From positions 8,441 to 72,440 of the forward strand of contig CAYSAQ010000002.1 of the NCBI GenBank assembly GCA_964429235.1: a stretch of DNA of 64,000 nucleotides, read 5' to 3'. The position numbers were made by a program, and so were the translations under genes. Of the stretch, positions 1-10,075 are shown one piece after another. Source of the stretch: an uncultured Candidatus Marinamargulisbacteria bacterium (GTDB taxonomy: Bacteria; Margulisbacteria; Riflemargulisbacteria; GWF2-35-9; DYQY01). Position 1 is the stretch's first letter, and every line of letters starts with the position of its first letter. The notes below the pieces were generated by a model. The model was not told the DNA's origin. It ran no database searches and saw only the letters and a program-made list of their open reading frames with translations.

Positions 1-1
1 A

Positions 2-184
2 GGATATAGCATAAGAAAAGATCGGCAAATATTAAGCAGCACTATGGGTGAAGGTGGCAACGCCATTGTTGCTATAGCTAATAGTGGAAGCGAAGTGCTT
101 GAGATTGGCGAAGAATTCATGTTCTCTTCTAGAAATAGCAAATTCTCACAAGTAATCACTGGGGTCTATAAACGGATTAAATAA
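2..184 (+). CDS. 3' end of an unidentified gene that starts upstream of the window
   Basis: Frame 2 is open from the window edge (..GEGGNAIVAIANSGSEVLEIGEEF..VYKRIK) to TAA at 182-184. No family recognised. Confidence 0.3.
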   Translation, partial: GYSIRKDRQILSSTMGEGGNAIVAIANSGSEVLEIGEEFMFSSRNSKFSQVITGVYKRIK

Positions 185-198
185 AAAGGAGAATCATT

Positions 199-747
199 AT
201 GGATGCAATTGAAATGATCAAAGAAAGACGAAGTGTTAGACGTTACAAGGATACTCCTGTTGATAGAGAAATCATGAAAGAAATTATCGAAATAAGCAGA
301 TTTGCTCCTTCTTGGAGTAACCTACAAATAGCAAGATATACCCTAATAGATGATAGAAAGATTATAGAAAGACTTGGCAAAGAGAGTGTTCATGGTTTCA
401 CTTACAATGTTAAGACTCTAAAAGAGGCAAGCGGCGTAGCTATTCTTAGCTTTATAAAAGGCAAAAGCGGCAAAATTGGTAAAGATGAATATGCAACTTC
501 CAAGGACAGCACCTGGGAAGTGTTCGATACTGGTATAGCTTGTCAGACATTCTGCCTAGCAGCACATGCAAAAGGTGTTGGCACTGTAATAATGGGTGTT
601 ATTAATGATGAATCTGTTTCTGAAATAGTTGGGATGCCTAAAGAAGAAACAGTTGCCGCTCTTATTGTTTACGGATATGAAGAGGGCGACCATAGACCTG
701 CTACTCCAAGATTGGAAGCTGAAGAAATAATGCGTTTCGCAAACTAA
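199..747 (+). CDS. Nitroreductase family protein
   Basis: ORF track. N-terminal RRSVRRYKD nitroreductase signature. AAGGAG Shine-Dalgarno upstream of the ATG. Confidence 0.85.
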   Translation: MDAIEMIKERRSVRRYKDTPVDREIMKEIIEISRFAPSWSNLQIARYTLIDDRKIIERLGKESVHGFTYNVKTLKEASGVAILSFIKGKSGKIGKDEYATSKDSTWEVFDTGIACQTFCLAAHAKGVGTVIMGVINDESVSEIVGMPKEETVAALIVYGYEEGDHRPATPRLEAEEIMRFAN

Positions 748-759
748 AGGAGAAATAAT

Positions 760-1413
760 ATGGATTTAGTAAAAGTTTTAAATAAAAGATATTCAGCAAA
801 AACATTTGACCCGAATGAAAATATTCCTGAGAACGTATGGAAACAGATGGAGGCGGCACTGCGCCTAAGTGCTTCCAGCACAAATGCTCAACCATGGCAT
901 TTCGTTATTGTTTCAACAAAGGAAGGCAAAGATAAACTAGCAAACGCATCTAATGAGAAATACGGATTTAACTCTCAGAAGATTATAGATGCACCTTACT
1001 CTGTACTGTTCTGTACTAAAAATGATATTGATGAGGAGTACTTGTTACATGTCTTAGATATTGAGGATAAAGATGGCCGTTATACTAATCCAGAGCTCAA
1101 GGAAATGATGCATGGCGGGAGAAGTTTTTTTGTGAATATGCATAAAGATACTGTTAAAGACCTCGCACAATGGAACGAGAAACAGGTTTATTTAAATGTT
1201 GGCAATGCCCTATTAAGTGCAGCTATACTTGGTATCGATGCACTTCCTATGGAGGGGATAGATATTGAGGCACTAAATAAAGAATTTGGTTTATCGCGAA
1301 AAGGTTTAACTGCTTCTGTATTAGTATCATTTGGGTATCATACTGCTGAAGATTTCAATGCAGACCTCCCTAAATCTAGGCTACCAGAAGAAGAGATCTT
1401 TACCAGGGCTTAA
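760..1413 (+). CDS. Oxygen-insensitive NAD(P)H nitroreductase (NfsB-like)
   Basis: RYSAKTFD and STNAQPWHFVIV motifs typical of NfsB/FRase I-type nitroreductases. AAGGAG upstream. Confidence 0.85.
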   Translation: MDLVKVLNKRYSAKTFDPNENIPENVWKQMEAALRLSASSTNAQPWHFVIVSTKEGKDKLANASNEKYGFNSQKIIDAPYSVLFCTKNDIDEEYLLHVLDIEDKDGRYTNPELKEMMHGGRSFFVNMHKDTVKDLAQWNEKQVYLNVGNALLSAAILGIDALPMEGIDIEALNKEFGLSRKGLTASVLVSFGYHTAEDFNADLPKSRLPEEEIFTRA

Positions 1414-1466
1414 TTTTAGTGAGTTTGCAGATAGCGTGCCCAAAGTAAAATGCTATAATATCCCCA

Positions 1467-2189
1467 ATGTACAACGATATAGCAAAAATCTATGATGAGC
1501 TTTTTCCAATAACAGAATCTCAAAAAGAGTTCTTTATCCAACTGGCAAAAGACATAGCGCCACCTCGAAACCTATTAGACGTTGGCTGTGCTACTGGCGA
1601 ACTAGCTGTCGCACTAGACGACCACTACAACTATATTGCCGCTATAGATCTAAACCAATCATTATTAGAAGTAGCAGCAAAGAAGCCTCATAGCAACCAT
1701 TTAGACTTTAGAAGAATGGATATGACACGTATTGCTAATGTGTATTTCAACCGTTCATTCTCTGCCATCAGCTGTCTGGGGAACACTCTAGCCCATCTAA
1801 GAGACGCCTTAGACATCCAACTGTTTCTTAGCGGGTGTCATAAATTGCTCCGAGCTAAGGGAACTCTTGTTTTGCAGATACTTAATTATGACAAAATCTT
1901 AGATAACGAAACAACAACCCTTTCGCCTATAAAATCTGAAAACTATCTTTTCGAACGTGAATACGATATCAGAAACGACCAGAACATAGTCTTTAGAACA
2001 ATAGTTACAGATAAAAAGTCTCAGAAACAGGACATTTCAGATACCAATCTAGTTCCGCTAAGACCAAAAGCACTAGAAGGCCTATTAAAAGACTCTGAAT
2101 TTGAAAATATAACCTTATATGAAGATCTCTCCAAAACACCGTTTACTGCTAATTCAACTGTCTTAGTTGTTCAAGCTACTGCTGGCTGA
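1467..2189 (+). CDS. Class I SAM-dependent methyltransferase
   Basis: Motif I LLDVGCATGELA and overall methyltransferase-11/25-like layout. Confidence 0.8.
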   Translation: MYNDIAKIYDELFPITESQKEFFIQLAKDIAPPRNLLDVGCATGELAVALDDHYNYIAAIDLNQSLLEVAAKKPHSNHLDFRRMDMTRIANVYFNRSFSAISCLGNTLAHLRDALDIQLFLSGCHKLLRAKGTLVLQILNYDKILDNETTTLSPIKSENYLFEREYDIRNDQNIVFRTIVTDKKSQKQDISDTNLVPLRPKALEGLLKDSEFENITLYEDLSKTPFTANSTVLVVQATAG

Positions 2190-2273
2190 GACACTTAATC
2201 ACTACAAAAAAACTTGTAAATAGCAACACGTTTACGCTACTATATAACTACTAAAAAAATAAAGGATTCTAAT

Positions 2274-3152
2274 ATGAAAAAAATCACACTAATTATACTA
2301 ATATCGTTACTAGCTTCTTTCGGCTGGAGTGCAAAGGTTAACATTCTAAATGATGACCCAAATGTAGATGTCCAGATAAATGGAACATTTGTTGGAAAAG
2401 GAAGTGTAAGCAATTATGAGCTACCTCCTGGACAACACTATATAAAAATCTTTTCTAACGGAACTATTATATATGCAGAACCATTAAACATTGCGTATGG
2501 CGACAACATGAAGACTATCAATACTTCTCATTTTGTAGTGGCAAAGAAATCTAATATCGCTAATGCTGGCTCTACTAGAGTTGAGGCTAAAAGAATTAGA
2601 GACGCTCGTGGTGACTACTCTATCGGAATGTATTACTCTGACTCTATCTCTGGTTTAAGCTTCAAATACTTCCCTCTTGGCAACTTCGGTTTCCAACTAA
2701 TGGGCTGGTCTACTAACAACGCTCCTAGCGACATCTATGAAACATTATTAATAAGACCTATCTGGCAGCTCGGTGACTATATCTTATTCGATAGACATAT
2801 GAATACTTATGTTGCTCTTGGCTTTGGCTCTAAAAGAGTAAAAAACAGCAACACAGATATGACTGCAACTATCTCGCAAGCTATGTTTGGAGTAGAGGGT
2901 CCATCTGCCTTACTAGGACTTCCATTAGCGGTTACTTCTATAGTAATGATGGCTGTTAATAGTGATGGAGATAAAAACAATCTAAGTTCTGAAGAGCTAA
3001 TGTATTTGGCAGGAGCTGCTGGTGGATTACTGATAACCGTAATTCCAAACGCTTATGTAGATATAGAAGTAGGCTATGAAAGACTAGACCTTGGTGGTGG
3101 GAACTACCAGTCTGGAATGAAAATAGCTACTGGAATGCACTTCTACTTTTAA
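2274..3152 (+). CDS. Secreted PEGA-like / beta-barrel-type outer membrane protein (paralog 1)
   Basis: Signal peptide. PEGA-like N-terminal module (VNILNDDPNVDVQINGTFVGKGSVSNYELPPGQHYIKI). C-terminal GMHFYF aromatic terminus typical of OMP barrels. Confidence 0.6.
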   Translation: MKKITLIILISLLASFGWSAKVNILNDDPNVDVQINGTFVGKGSVSNYELPPGQHYIKIFSNGTIIYAEPLNIAYGDNMKTINTSHFVVAKKSNIANAGSTRVEAKRIRDARGDYSIGMYYSDSISGLSFKYFPLGNFGFQLMGWSTNNAPSDIYETLLIRPIWQLGDYILFDRHMNTYVALGFGSKRVKNSNTDMTATISQAMFGVEGPSALLGLPLAVTSIVMMAVNSDGDKNNLSSEELMYLAGAAGGLLITVIPNAYVDIEVGYERLDLGGGNYQSGMKIATGMHFYF

Positions 3153-3155
3153 AAG

Positions 3156-4049
3156 ATGCGCAAACAACTATTTGTAATTTCATTATGTTTTCTCGCTTCT
3201 TTTGTGTTGAGCATCCCTGTTAACATCCTAAACGATGACCCAAATGCAGAGATACAAATAAACGGAATACTCGCAGGAAAAGGAAGCGTCAGCAACTACG
3301 AGCTGCAACCAGGGCAACACTTTATAAAAGTCATTTCAGACGGCAGTATTATTTATGCAGAACCACTAAAAATTGATGCTTATGATAATATGAAGACCGT
3401 AAACACTTCTCACTTTGTGGCTGCTAAGACAACAAGCATTGCCAATGCAGGATCTACCAAGATAGAAGCAAAAAGAGTGCGCGAAGCACGTGGAGAGTTT
3501 GCCGCAGGAATATACTACTCTAAGGATATTACTGGTGTTAGTTTCAAATACTTTCCACTCGGCAACATTGGTATGCAAATCGTAGGCTGGGAAGATAACT
3601 CTCCAGGAGATATAAACCAAACATTCTTAGCAAGACCAATGCTCCAACTAGGAGACTACCTAATGTTTGGAAGGCATATGAACACATATATAGCTCTTGG
3701 ATATGGAACAAAGAAGGTAATAAATAATAGCAAATCTATTAATGCAGAGATATACCAAGCAGTGTTCGGGATAGAAGTAACCACAGCTCTTCTGGGAAAC
3801 CCTATGAGTACAGTAACTAAATTTGTTAACGATGAAAGAGCAAAAAACTATCACCGACATGATGACGATGATGAAGGCAGTGCCGAAGGATTTCTATTCT
3901 TCGTGGCTTGGTCTATTTTAGGCTATATGTTTGACTCAATGAACAATGCTTTTTTTGATATAGAGGTTGGATACGAACAGATCAAACATGCTACTGGTCT
4001 ACCTGTCTCTGAAATGAAGCTTGCTACAGGAATGCATTTTTATTTCTAG
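3156..4049 (+). CDS. Secreted PEGA-like / beta-barrel-type outer membrane protein (paralog 2)
   Basis: Collinear similarity to the preceding ORF over its whole length (VNILNDDPNAEIQINGILAGKGSVSNYELQPGQHFIKV ... ATGMHFYF). Starts 3 nt after the previous stop codon. Confidence 0.6.
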   Translation: MRKQLFVISLCFLASFVLSIPVNILNDDPNAEIQINGILAGKGSVSNYELQPGQHFIKVISDGSIIYAEPLKIDAYDNMKTVNTSHFVAAKTTSIANAGSTKIEAKRVREARGEFAAGIYYSKDITGVSFKYFPLGNIGMQIVGWEDNSPGDINQTFLARPMLQLGDYLMFGRHMNTYIALGYGTKKVINNSKSINAEIYQAVFGIEVTTALLGNPMSTVTKFVNDERAKNYHRHDDDDEGSAEGFLFFVAWSILGYMFDSMNNAFFDIEVGYEQIKHATGLPVSEMKLATGMHFYF

Positions 4050-4066
4050 CCAATTACTAACAACTT

Positions 4067-7000
4067 CTAATCTCTAGCTTGAGCCATTCTTAGCAAATCT
4101 GCGGTATCTTCTTCACCTAATTTATATCCGCCTGCAACTACTCTCGCTATATCCTCTGCTTGGTTAGTAACGGTTTTCAGCTTTTCGTATAGTTGTCTTG
4201 CAAGACCATCTGGAAGTTCTAATGTCTTATCCTTTGCCTTTGTTTGCAATCGTTTTAATAACACCTTTTTAAACACATGATAACTCGGCATCTCTAGGAG
4301 CCTATGTTCTTTTGTAACATACTTGCCATTGCTCTGATACACCAACGCTCCTCTAATAACTTTTGATGTTAGTAATGGAACTTCCTTGCCTTCAGCCACC
4401 TGACAAAATGGATGCAAACTCTCTGAAATAATCTCATCAAACATATCATCAGACACCAATCCGAAACTATAATCTTTATACTCCTTTATGCCAGTATTTT
4501 TTATATAGTCAGCTGTCTTTTCCGAGACCAATCCCATCTCTGCTAATCCTGGTAAGTTTGCTGAATCGGTAACAGCTAAAAGCTCTTGTGCTGCTACAAA
4601 CACTGGATTAAAGCTAGCATCTGGAGCAAACTTCCTATCACTTTCGCTCATAGTAGTGCTAATAAAAGCTGTCATATAAAACAACGCATATTGGGAATAA
4701 TACTCTCGATTATTTTCTGCAAGATTCTTTTTCTTAGCATACTTATTCCAAGTCCGCTGAAAGGCAGAATCGTATAACCTCTGATTAATTTTAGGAAACT
4801 GTTTAATTGCTGGCACACTGTTTGTCAAAAGACGGAATTCATACAAAGAACGAAACTCTGTCATAAGCCCTAATAAATTCTCTGCTGCTACTGCTTTTCT
4901 AGTAATATAAGTTAAATAGTTATCTATTTTCTTTTTATAATTAGCGATCCTGCCTGTTCTTGCTTCCGCTCTTTCCGCTACAATTTTATTCTGTTCCAGA
5001 AGTGCTGCAATATCGTCTGCTAGGTTGGATATCTCTGCTCGCATAGTTTGTACTGTTCTTTGCAAATAAGAACTACCCTTTTCTTTTAGCTTAGTTTCTT
5101 TACTTGTAATAAATGCCTGTTTTGTAGCGATATCTTGTCTGATTCTAAACTGTTCATTAAGAACAGGGATAAGCGTTTGCTTCTCTTTATGCATTTCTTT
5201 TAGAAAGTGGTCTATTTTAAGTGCCGAGAAGAAGCTAAGCCCAAACTCTGGCTCTTGAAGATGTGGCGTTTCGTTTAGAATTGAACCAATAGTTTTTCCA
5301 ACTCCGCCCTCTTCATACTTCAGTAGCAACAAACTTGCACTGTCCCATTCTTTCGTAATATAAGGGCTGTTCTTTATTCTTGGAACCGGACCAATAGGAT
5401 TATTTGCATATTCCGCTACTGCATGTCTTATATTGATACAAAGCTCTAGCATATCTACATTTCTTTTATGTGTTAGAGAACGCAACACTGCTCTTCTGCC
5501 TTGTTGCATCTCACGCATTCTAACTGAAACATCTCTACGAAGTTCTTTCATATTTACACTATTACGGTGCTCTACAAAAAAGTTTTTAGAAAAGAAAACG
5601 CTAAAACCTTTTTGACGTGGATAGCATAACAACCTATTCTCTTCGCTTATATATTCTTGAGACTGAAGATCACTATAAATGCTGCCTGCTTCTAACCCAT
5701 GTTTCTTGACTATGTCTGCAAATATTGTGGGAGACAATTCTCCTGCATCTAGATTCTCCCTAATATGCGCTGCATCAGAGATACGAATTCTAAGAAACCC
5801 TATCGCTCTTCCAATACATTTATAAGCATTATCGATTGTGCCTATTCTTAAATGCGCTAAAGCTTCATCTAGCTCTAATTTGGCAGAGTTCTTATCTACT
5901 AAAGGCGATCTTTTAATTAAATCAATTGCCTTAATAACTCTGTCTTCAAAACTTATGATAGTCTCTTTTTTTAGCTTGCTTCCATTATCACTAGATTTAC
6001 GCATATGGATATATGCTGGTTCTAGAATCCTTACTACTTCCGGCATCTTAGTAACTTGTTCTTTTATCTCGCCAGCTATTGCCGCGTCTACTGCTCTGCT
6101 TGCTTGATACATCAGATCAAACTTAGTTTCACCTTCTACTGAAACATTATGTTCTAAATCTTTATCCCCCCAATGTGTTGGGTGATAGGACTGCTTGATA
6201 ATAATCTGTTCTTGTTCCAAATCTGGTCGCAATCTACTAGTAGGAACCATTACTTTTGGCAATGTGCCGACCCTATGTTGTCTCATATTAAGCGTTTCTT
6301 GTTGGCTAAGAGAAATACCAAGCATAATCTGCTCGAAAGCATCTTCCGCATTTCCTGTGCTAGGATTTTTCCCTATCTCTGCTATCTCTTTTTTAAGAGC
6401 TGCAAGAAAAGGCGAGCAAGCAAACTGCTCTAAATCATTATTTGTTTTAGTCTTAACTCTCTGGGGAATCTCTGCTATTTCTTTTTTGCAATATTCTAGT
6501 TGGTGCTTAGCAACAGTGTATTCGATTAACACCTTCAACATTTCAGTAATCGCTGTCACATCTTTTTTAAATGGTCTAAACAAATCACCGGTTGTTTGCC
6601 TCATCAATTTGCGAAGTTTTACTGATATTTTTGCATTGTTTGGAACAAGGTTTATTAGTCTTAAGCGTAGCTTTTGCTCTGCTGACTTAAAGTTCTCTGA
6701 TAATCGCAATTTCTGTCCTGCCTTTGGCATTCTATCTAAAATCAAATATCCATGTCGTTGACTTTTGTATCTTACGATATAACCTTGTCTTGCTAATTCC
6801 TTAAGGATATCTGTAGAAGTTACTCCTAGCTCGGTAGCAATATCATCAAATACATTAGAATTAACATAGCCAGCTTCTTTGATAGGGTCTTGGGCTATAT
6901 AGCCAGAAGTAACACCATGCAAAGTACGAATATTCTGCAATGTGTCTACTAAAGTTCTTCCATTAATCCCTGCTTCTATCAATCCCTTTGGCAAAACGCT

Positions 7001-7267
7001 GCCGGCAAACCACGCATCATATATCTTTGTAGACTGTTCTTTTGATGGCTCGATATTGTACTTTTCTTTTAGCTCATGCCCTAACCATTCCAGCTCTACT
7101 TCTCTCATTTCACGCTCTATTAAAAGAGGTCGCAGCGAAGTAACTGCCTCGTATAACGACAAATAGATGCTTACAAGAACTGTCTCTTCCCAGAAAGGAA
7201 GCAGCTTAAATTGTTTGGATACAGAAGAATTTTCTGCTACTACTTTATACCGAATATACTGTGTCAT
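4067..7267 (-). CDS. Large hypothetical protein (1066 aa), no recognised domain
   Basis: Uninterrupted 3.2-kb ORF. The opposite-strand ORFs inside it are short. Helix/coiled-coil-rich sequence. Confidence 0.6.
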   Translation of the reverse strand: MTQYIRYKVVAENSSVSKQFKLLPFWEETVLVSIYLSLYEAVTSLRPLLIEREMREVELEWLGHELKEKYNIEPSKEQSTKIYDAWFAGSVLPKGLIEAGINGRTLVDTLQNIRTLHGVTSGYIAQDPIKEAGYVNSNVFDDIATELGVTSTDILKELARQGYIVRYKSQRHGYLILDRMPKAGQKLRLSENFKSAEQKLRLRLINLVPNNAKISVKLRKLMRQTTGDLFRPFKKDVTAITEMLKVLIEYTVAKHQLEYCKKEIAEIPQRVKTKTNNDLEQFACSPFLAALKKEIAEIGKNPSTGNAEDAFEQIMLGISLSQQETLNMRQHRVGTLPKVMVPTSRLRPDLEQEQIIIKQSYHPTHWGDKDLEHNVSVEGETKFDLMYQASRAVDAAIAGEIKEQVTKMPEVVRILEPAYIHMRKSSDNGSKLKKETIISFEDRVIKAIDLIKRSPLVDKNSAKLELDEALAHLRIGTIDNAYKCIGRAIGFLRIRISDAAHIRENLDAGELSPTIFADIVKKHGLEAGSIYSDLQSQEYISEENRLLCYPRQKGFSVFFSKNFFVEHRNSVNMKELRRDVSVRMREMQQGRRAVLRSLTHKRNVDMLELCINIRHAVAEYANNPIGPVPRIKNSPYITKEWDSASLLLLKYEEGGVGKTIGSILNETPHLQEPEFGLSFFSALKIDHFLKEMHKEKQTLIPVLNEQFRIRQDIATKQAFITSKETKLKEKGSSYLQRTVQTMRAEISNLADDIAALLEQNKIVAERAEARTGRIANYKKKIDNYLTYITRKAVAAENLLGLMTEFRSLYEFRLLTNSVPAIKQFPKINQRLYDSAFQRTWNKYAKKKNLAENNREYYSQYALFYMTAFISTTMSESDRKFAPDASFNPVFVAAQELLAVTDSANLPGLAEMGLVSEKTADYIKNTGIKEYKDYSFGLVSDDMFDEIISESLHPFCQVAEGKEVPLLTSKVIRGALVYQSNGKYVTKEHRLLEMPSYHVFKKVLLKRLQTKAKDKTLELPDGLARQLYEKLKTVTNQAEDIARVVAGGYKLGEEDTADLLRMAQARD

Positions 7268-7435
7268 GCTGGTAATATATCGATAAATAGTTGGAGTTAT
7301 TGCAGTTATTTAAGAAGGGTTATTTTACTGCTTGTTTGGCAAAATGCTCTTTTATTTCTTCATTATTCACAATACTAATTGTAGAGATATTCCTACATAT
7401 TATCCATAGTCCTATTATGCGACTTTTGATAATGT

Positions 7436-7464
7436 TTGCTTCAAACAGAAAAAACGCCTATAAT
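7436..7464 (+). promoter_or_regulatory. Candidate sigma70-type promoter of typA
   Basis: TTGCTT, 17-nt spacer, TATAAT, about 38 nt upstream of the typA ATG. Confidence 0.45.
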
Positions 7465-7501
7465 CACTTGGTTAATAATAATATAAGAAGCAGGTACTCA
7501 C

Positions 7502-9310
7502 ATGAAACAGGAACAGATAAGAAATGTAGCAATCATTGCCCACGTAGACCATGGAAAAACAACTCTAGTAGACGAACTTTTTAAACAAAGTGGTATCTTC
7601 AGTGAAAGAGAAGAAGTAGTTGAAAGACGTATGGATTCTATGGACTTAGAAAAAGAACGTGGCATTACTATCAAATCTAAAAATGGTTCTTGTGAATACA
7701 AAGGACATCACGTAAATATCATCGATACTCCAGGACACGCTGATTTCGGTGGAGAAGTGGAACGTGTTTTACACATGGCAGACGGAGCAGTATTTCTTGT
7801 AGATGCAGCAGAAGGTCCAATGCCACAATCTTATTTCGTACTAAAGAAAGCTATCGCACTTAATCTTCCAATTATTGTTGTAGTAAACAAAATAGACAAA
7901 CCTGCCGCTAGATGCGAATGGGTTGTTGACCATGTGTTTGATCTTATGGCACAGCTAGAAGCACCTGATGATATCCTAGATTTCCCTGTAATCTATGCTT
8001 CATCTAAAAACGGTATCGCTTCTACTTCTATGGATATCCAAGGAAAGAATATTCTTCCTGTATTAGATGCTATTATCGAAAATGTACCTCCTCCAAAAGG
8101 TGATATTGATGGACCTTTCCAATTGCAAATATCAGCAATAGATTATTCGAACTATCATGGAAGAATGGCTATCGGGAAAATTACTTCTGGTAAAATATCT
8201 GTCAACGAAGAATTCGCTGTCACAAAGAATAACGAAATATTAAGAATAGGCAGAATATCAAAACTATATAGATTTAATGCAGATAAAAGAATAGAAGCCA
8301 AAACAGCTATTTGCGGAGACATTATCTCTTTAGCTGGCTTTGATCAAATGAAGGTAGGCGAAACTATCACTTGTAAGGACAATCCAATGTACTTACCAAC
8401 AAGAGATGTAGATCCACCAACAATTTCTATGAACTTCTTACCAAACGCATCACCATTTGCTGGAACAGAAGGCGACTATGTAACATCAAGACATATTAAA
8501 GACAGATTAGAAAGAGAACTTCTTTCTGATGTTGCTCTTCATGTAGAAGAACTAACAGAAGCTACTGGCTACAAAGTATCTGGTAGAGGTGAGCTTCATA
8601 TCGCTATCCTAATTGAGAAAATGAGAAGAGAAGGATACGAGTTTGAAGTATCTAGACCAAATGTAATCTTCCACGAAGTAGATGGCAAAAAGATGGAACC
8701 TTATGAGCATGTGTTTATTGAAGTGCCTGAAGTATACCAAGGTAAGGTTATTGAAAAAATGGGGCTTAAAAAAGGTCAACTGCTAGATATGGAACTAGAT
8801 AAAGATATCGTAAAAATGAAGTTTGCTATCCCAACAAGAGGCTTGCTTGGTTATCATGCAGAGTTCATGATGGACACTAAAGGAATGGGAACTATCAACT
8901 ATATTTTCTACAAATACAAAGCATATTGTGGTGAGATTGCTAACCGTAAAAATGGCGTAATTATATCAAAAGAAACTTCTGTTACTATTGCTTATGCATT
9001 ATTTAACCTTCAAGAACGTGGCGAACTTTTTCTTGGTGCTGGAATCTCAGTCTACGAGGGACAGATAATCGGCAAAGCTGCTAAAGAAGGAGAGATGGTT
9101 GTTAATGCTGCTAAAGGCAAAAAACTGTCCAATGTCCGTTCCTCTGGAACAGATGAAGCAGTAACGCTTACTCCTCATACAAGAATGACATTAGAAGACT
9201 GTCTGTCATTCATTGATAATGATGAATTAGTAGAAGTAACGCCTAAAGCTATCAGGATGAGAAAAATATTCATCAAAGAAGTTGATAGACGTAGATTAAA
9301 AAATAAATAG
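7502..9310 (+). CDS. typA: Translational GTPase TypA/BipA
   Basis: N-terminal G domain ([27 protein letters not shown]) and full-length collinearity with the TypA architecture. Confidence 0.95.
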   Translation: MKQEQIRNVAIIAHVDHGKTTLVDELFKQSGIFSEREEVVERRMDSMDLEKERGITIKSKNGSCEYKGHHVNIIDTPGHADFGGEVERVLHMADGAVFLVDAAEGPMPQSYFVLKKAIALNLPIIVVVNKIDKPAARCEWVVDHVFDLMAQLEAPDDILDFPVIYASSKNGIASTSMDIQGKNILPVLDAIIENVPPPKGDIDGPFQLQISAIDYSNYHGRMAIGKITSGKISVNEEFAVTKNNEILRIGRISKLYRFNADKRIEAKTAICGDIISLAGFDQMKVGETITCKDNPMYLPTRDVDPPTISMNFLPNASPFAGTEGDYVTSRHIKDRLERELLSDVALHVEELTEATGYKVSGRGELHIAILIEKMRREGYEFEVSRPNVIFHEVDGKKMEPYEHVFIEVPEVYQGKVIEKMGLKKGQLLDMELDKDIVKMKFAIPTRGLLGYHAEFMMDTKGMGTINYIFYKYKAYCGEIANRKNGVIISKETSVTIAYALFNLQERGELFLGAGISVYEGQIIGKAAKEGEMVVNAAKGKKLSNVRSSGTDEAVTLTPHTRMTLEDCLSFIDNDELVEVTPKAIRMRKIFIKEVDRRRLKNK

Positions 9311-9382
9311 TCTAAGCTCTAAACTTTACTTTCTACCCTAATTTATATAATCTAGAATTATATCTATATTTAGGAGGCAACT

Positions 9383-9973
9383 ATGTTAGAGAATAAAGAG
9401 ATTACAACAAAAGCCAGAAGCATTTTAAAAGGTAATTGGGTTCTAGTTATTATTACCAGCATTTCCATTACAGTAGTAGCTGAAATACTATCTGCATTTC
9501 TTTCAGCATTACCAATACTTGGATTCTTTTTACAAATAGCTTTAGACGGAATTGTTGCTGTTGGGCTCAGCTTATTCTTCTTAAATCTTGTTAATAATAA
9601 CAACCCCATATTTAAAGATGGCCTTGATGGATTAGAACATGCCATACAAGCTTCTAAGCTATACTTGCTGAATTTGCTATATATTTTACTGTGGGCTCTT
9701 CTGCTAATAATCCCTGGGATAATAGCTGCTATTAATTATTCACTACTTGGATTTATCTTCGCTGAAAATAAAGACATGCCTGTTAAGGAAATATTACAAA
9801 AGTCTAAAGAAATGATGCTTGGTCACAAATGGCAAGCTGTGAGACTTTGCCTTAGATTAATCTTATGGGTAATCCCTTGCTTGTTAACTCTAGGCATAGG
9901 ATTCGTTTGGTTGATACCATATGCACATACTAGCTTTACTGTTTTCTATAATGAGGTAAAAGCAGCTAATTAA
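9383..9973 (+). CDS. DUF975 family integral membrane protein
   Basis: N-terminal KARSILKGNW motif followed by several hydrophobic helices. AGGAGG Shine-Dalgarno upstream. Confidence 0.65.
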   Translation: MLENKEITTKARSILKGNWVLVIITSISITVVAEILSAFLSALPILGFFLQIALDGIVAVGLSLFFLNLVNNNNPIFKDGLDGLEHAIQASKLYLLNLLYILLWALLLIIPGIIAAINYSLLGFIFAENKDMPVKEILQKSKEMMLGHKWQAVRLCLRLILWVIPCLLTLGIGFVWLIPYAHTSFTVFYNEVKAAN

Positions 9974-9982
9974 TCGAAGGGT

Positions 9983-10016
9983 GCTCTAAACTCCCAGCAA
10001 TAATGGATGTTTGTTC
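9983..10016. repeat. 34-nt direct repeat copy 1 (relic of the 3' end of the methyltransferase gene at 15507-16448)
   Basis: 31/34 nt identical to 15511-15544. The minus-strand translation TNIHYCWEFRA matches the real C-terminus TNIHSCWEFRA. Confidence 0.8.
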
Positions 10017-10075
10017 AGAATGGATACCTGCTTTAGAAATAAACAAGTATCCAATTAATAACCTAATCAAGTCAT

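Noticed and set aside
6195-6761. 188-aa plus-strand ORF, plus other 60-130-aa ORFs such as 11991-12386, 27335-27727, 20707-21081, 21720-22028, 37496-37762 and 60472-60801, lying antisense inside long well-supported genes.
   Set aside because: They are fully embedded opposite genes with strong family signatures or long uninterrupted frames. They have low-complexity or hydrophobic shadow-type composition and no ribosome-binding sites. They are typical AT-rich antisense artefacts.
9312-9325. A third partial copy (CTAAGCTCTAAACT, 14 nt) of the efflux-flanking repeat right after the typA stop, identical to 15507-15520.
   Set aside because: A 14-mer match is within chance expectation for an AT-rich 64-kb window. 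The location after a stop codon is suggestive but not enough to call.
10021-10051. GGATAC..GTATCC inverted repeat between the convergent DUF975 and RND genes, considered as a bidirectional terminator.
   Set aside because: A 6-bp stem with a 19-nt loop and no T-tract is too weak to call.
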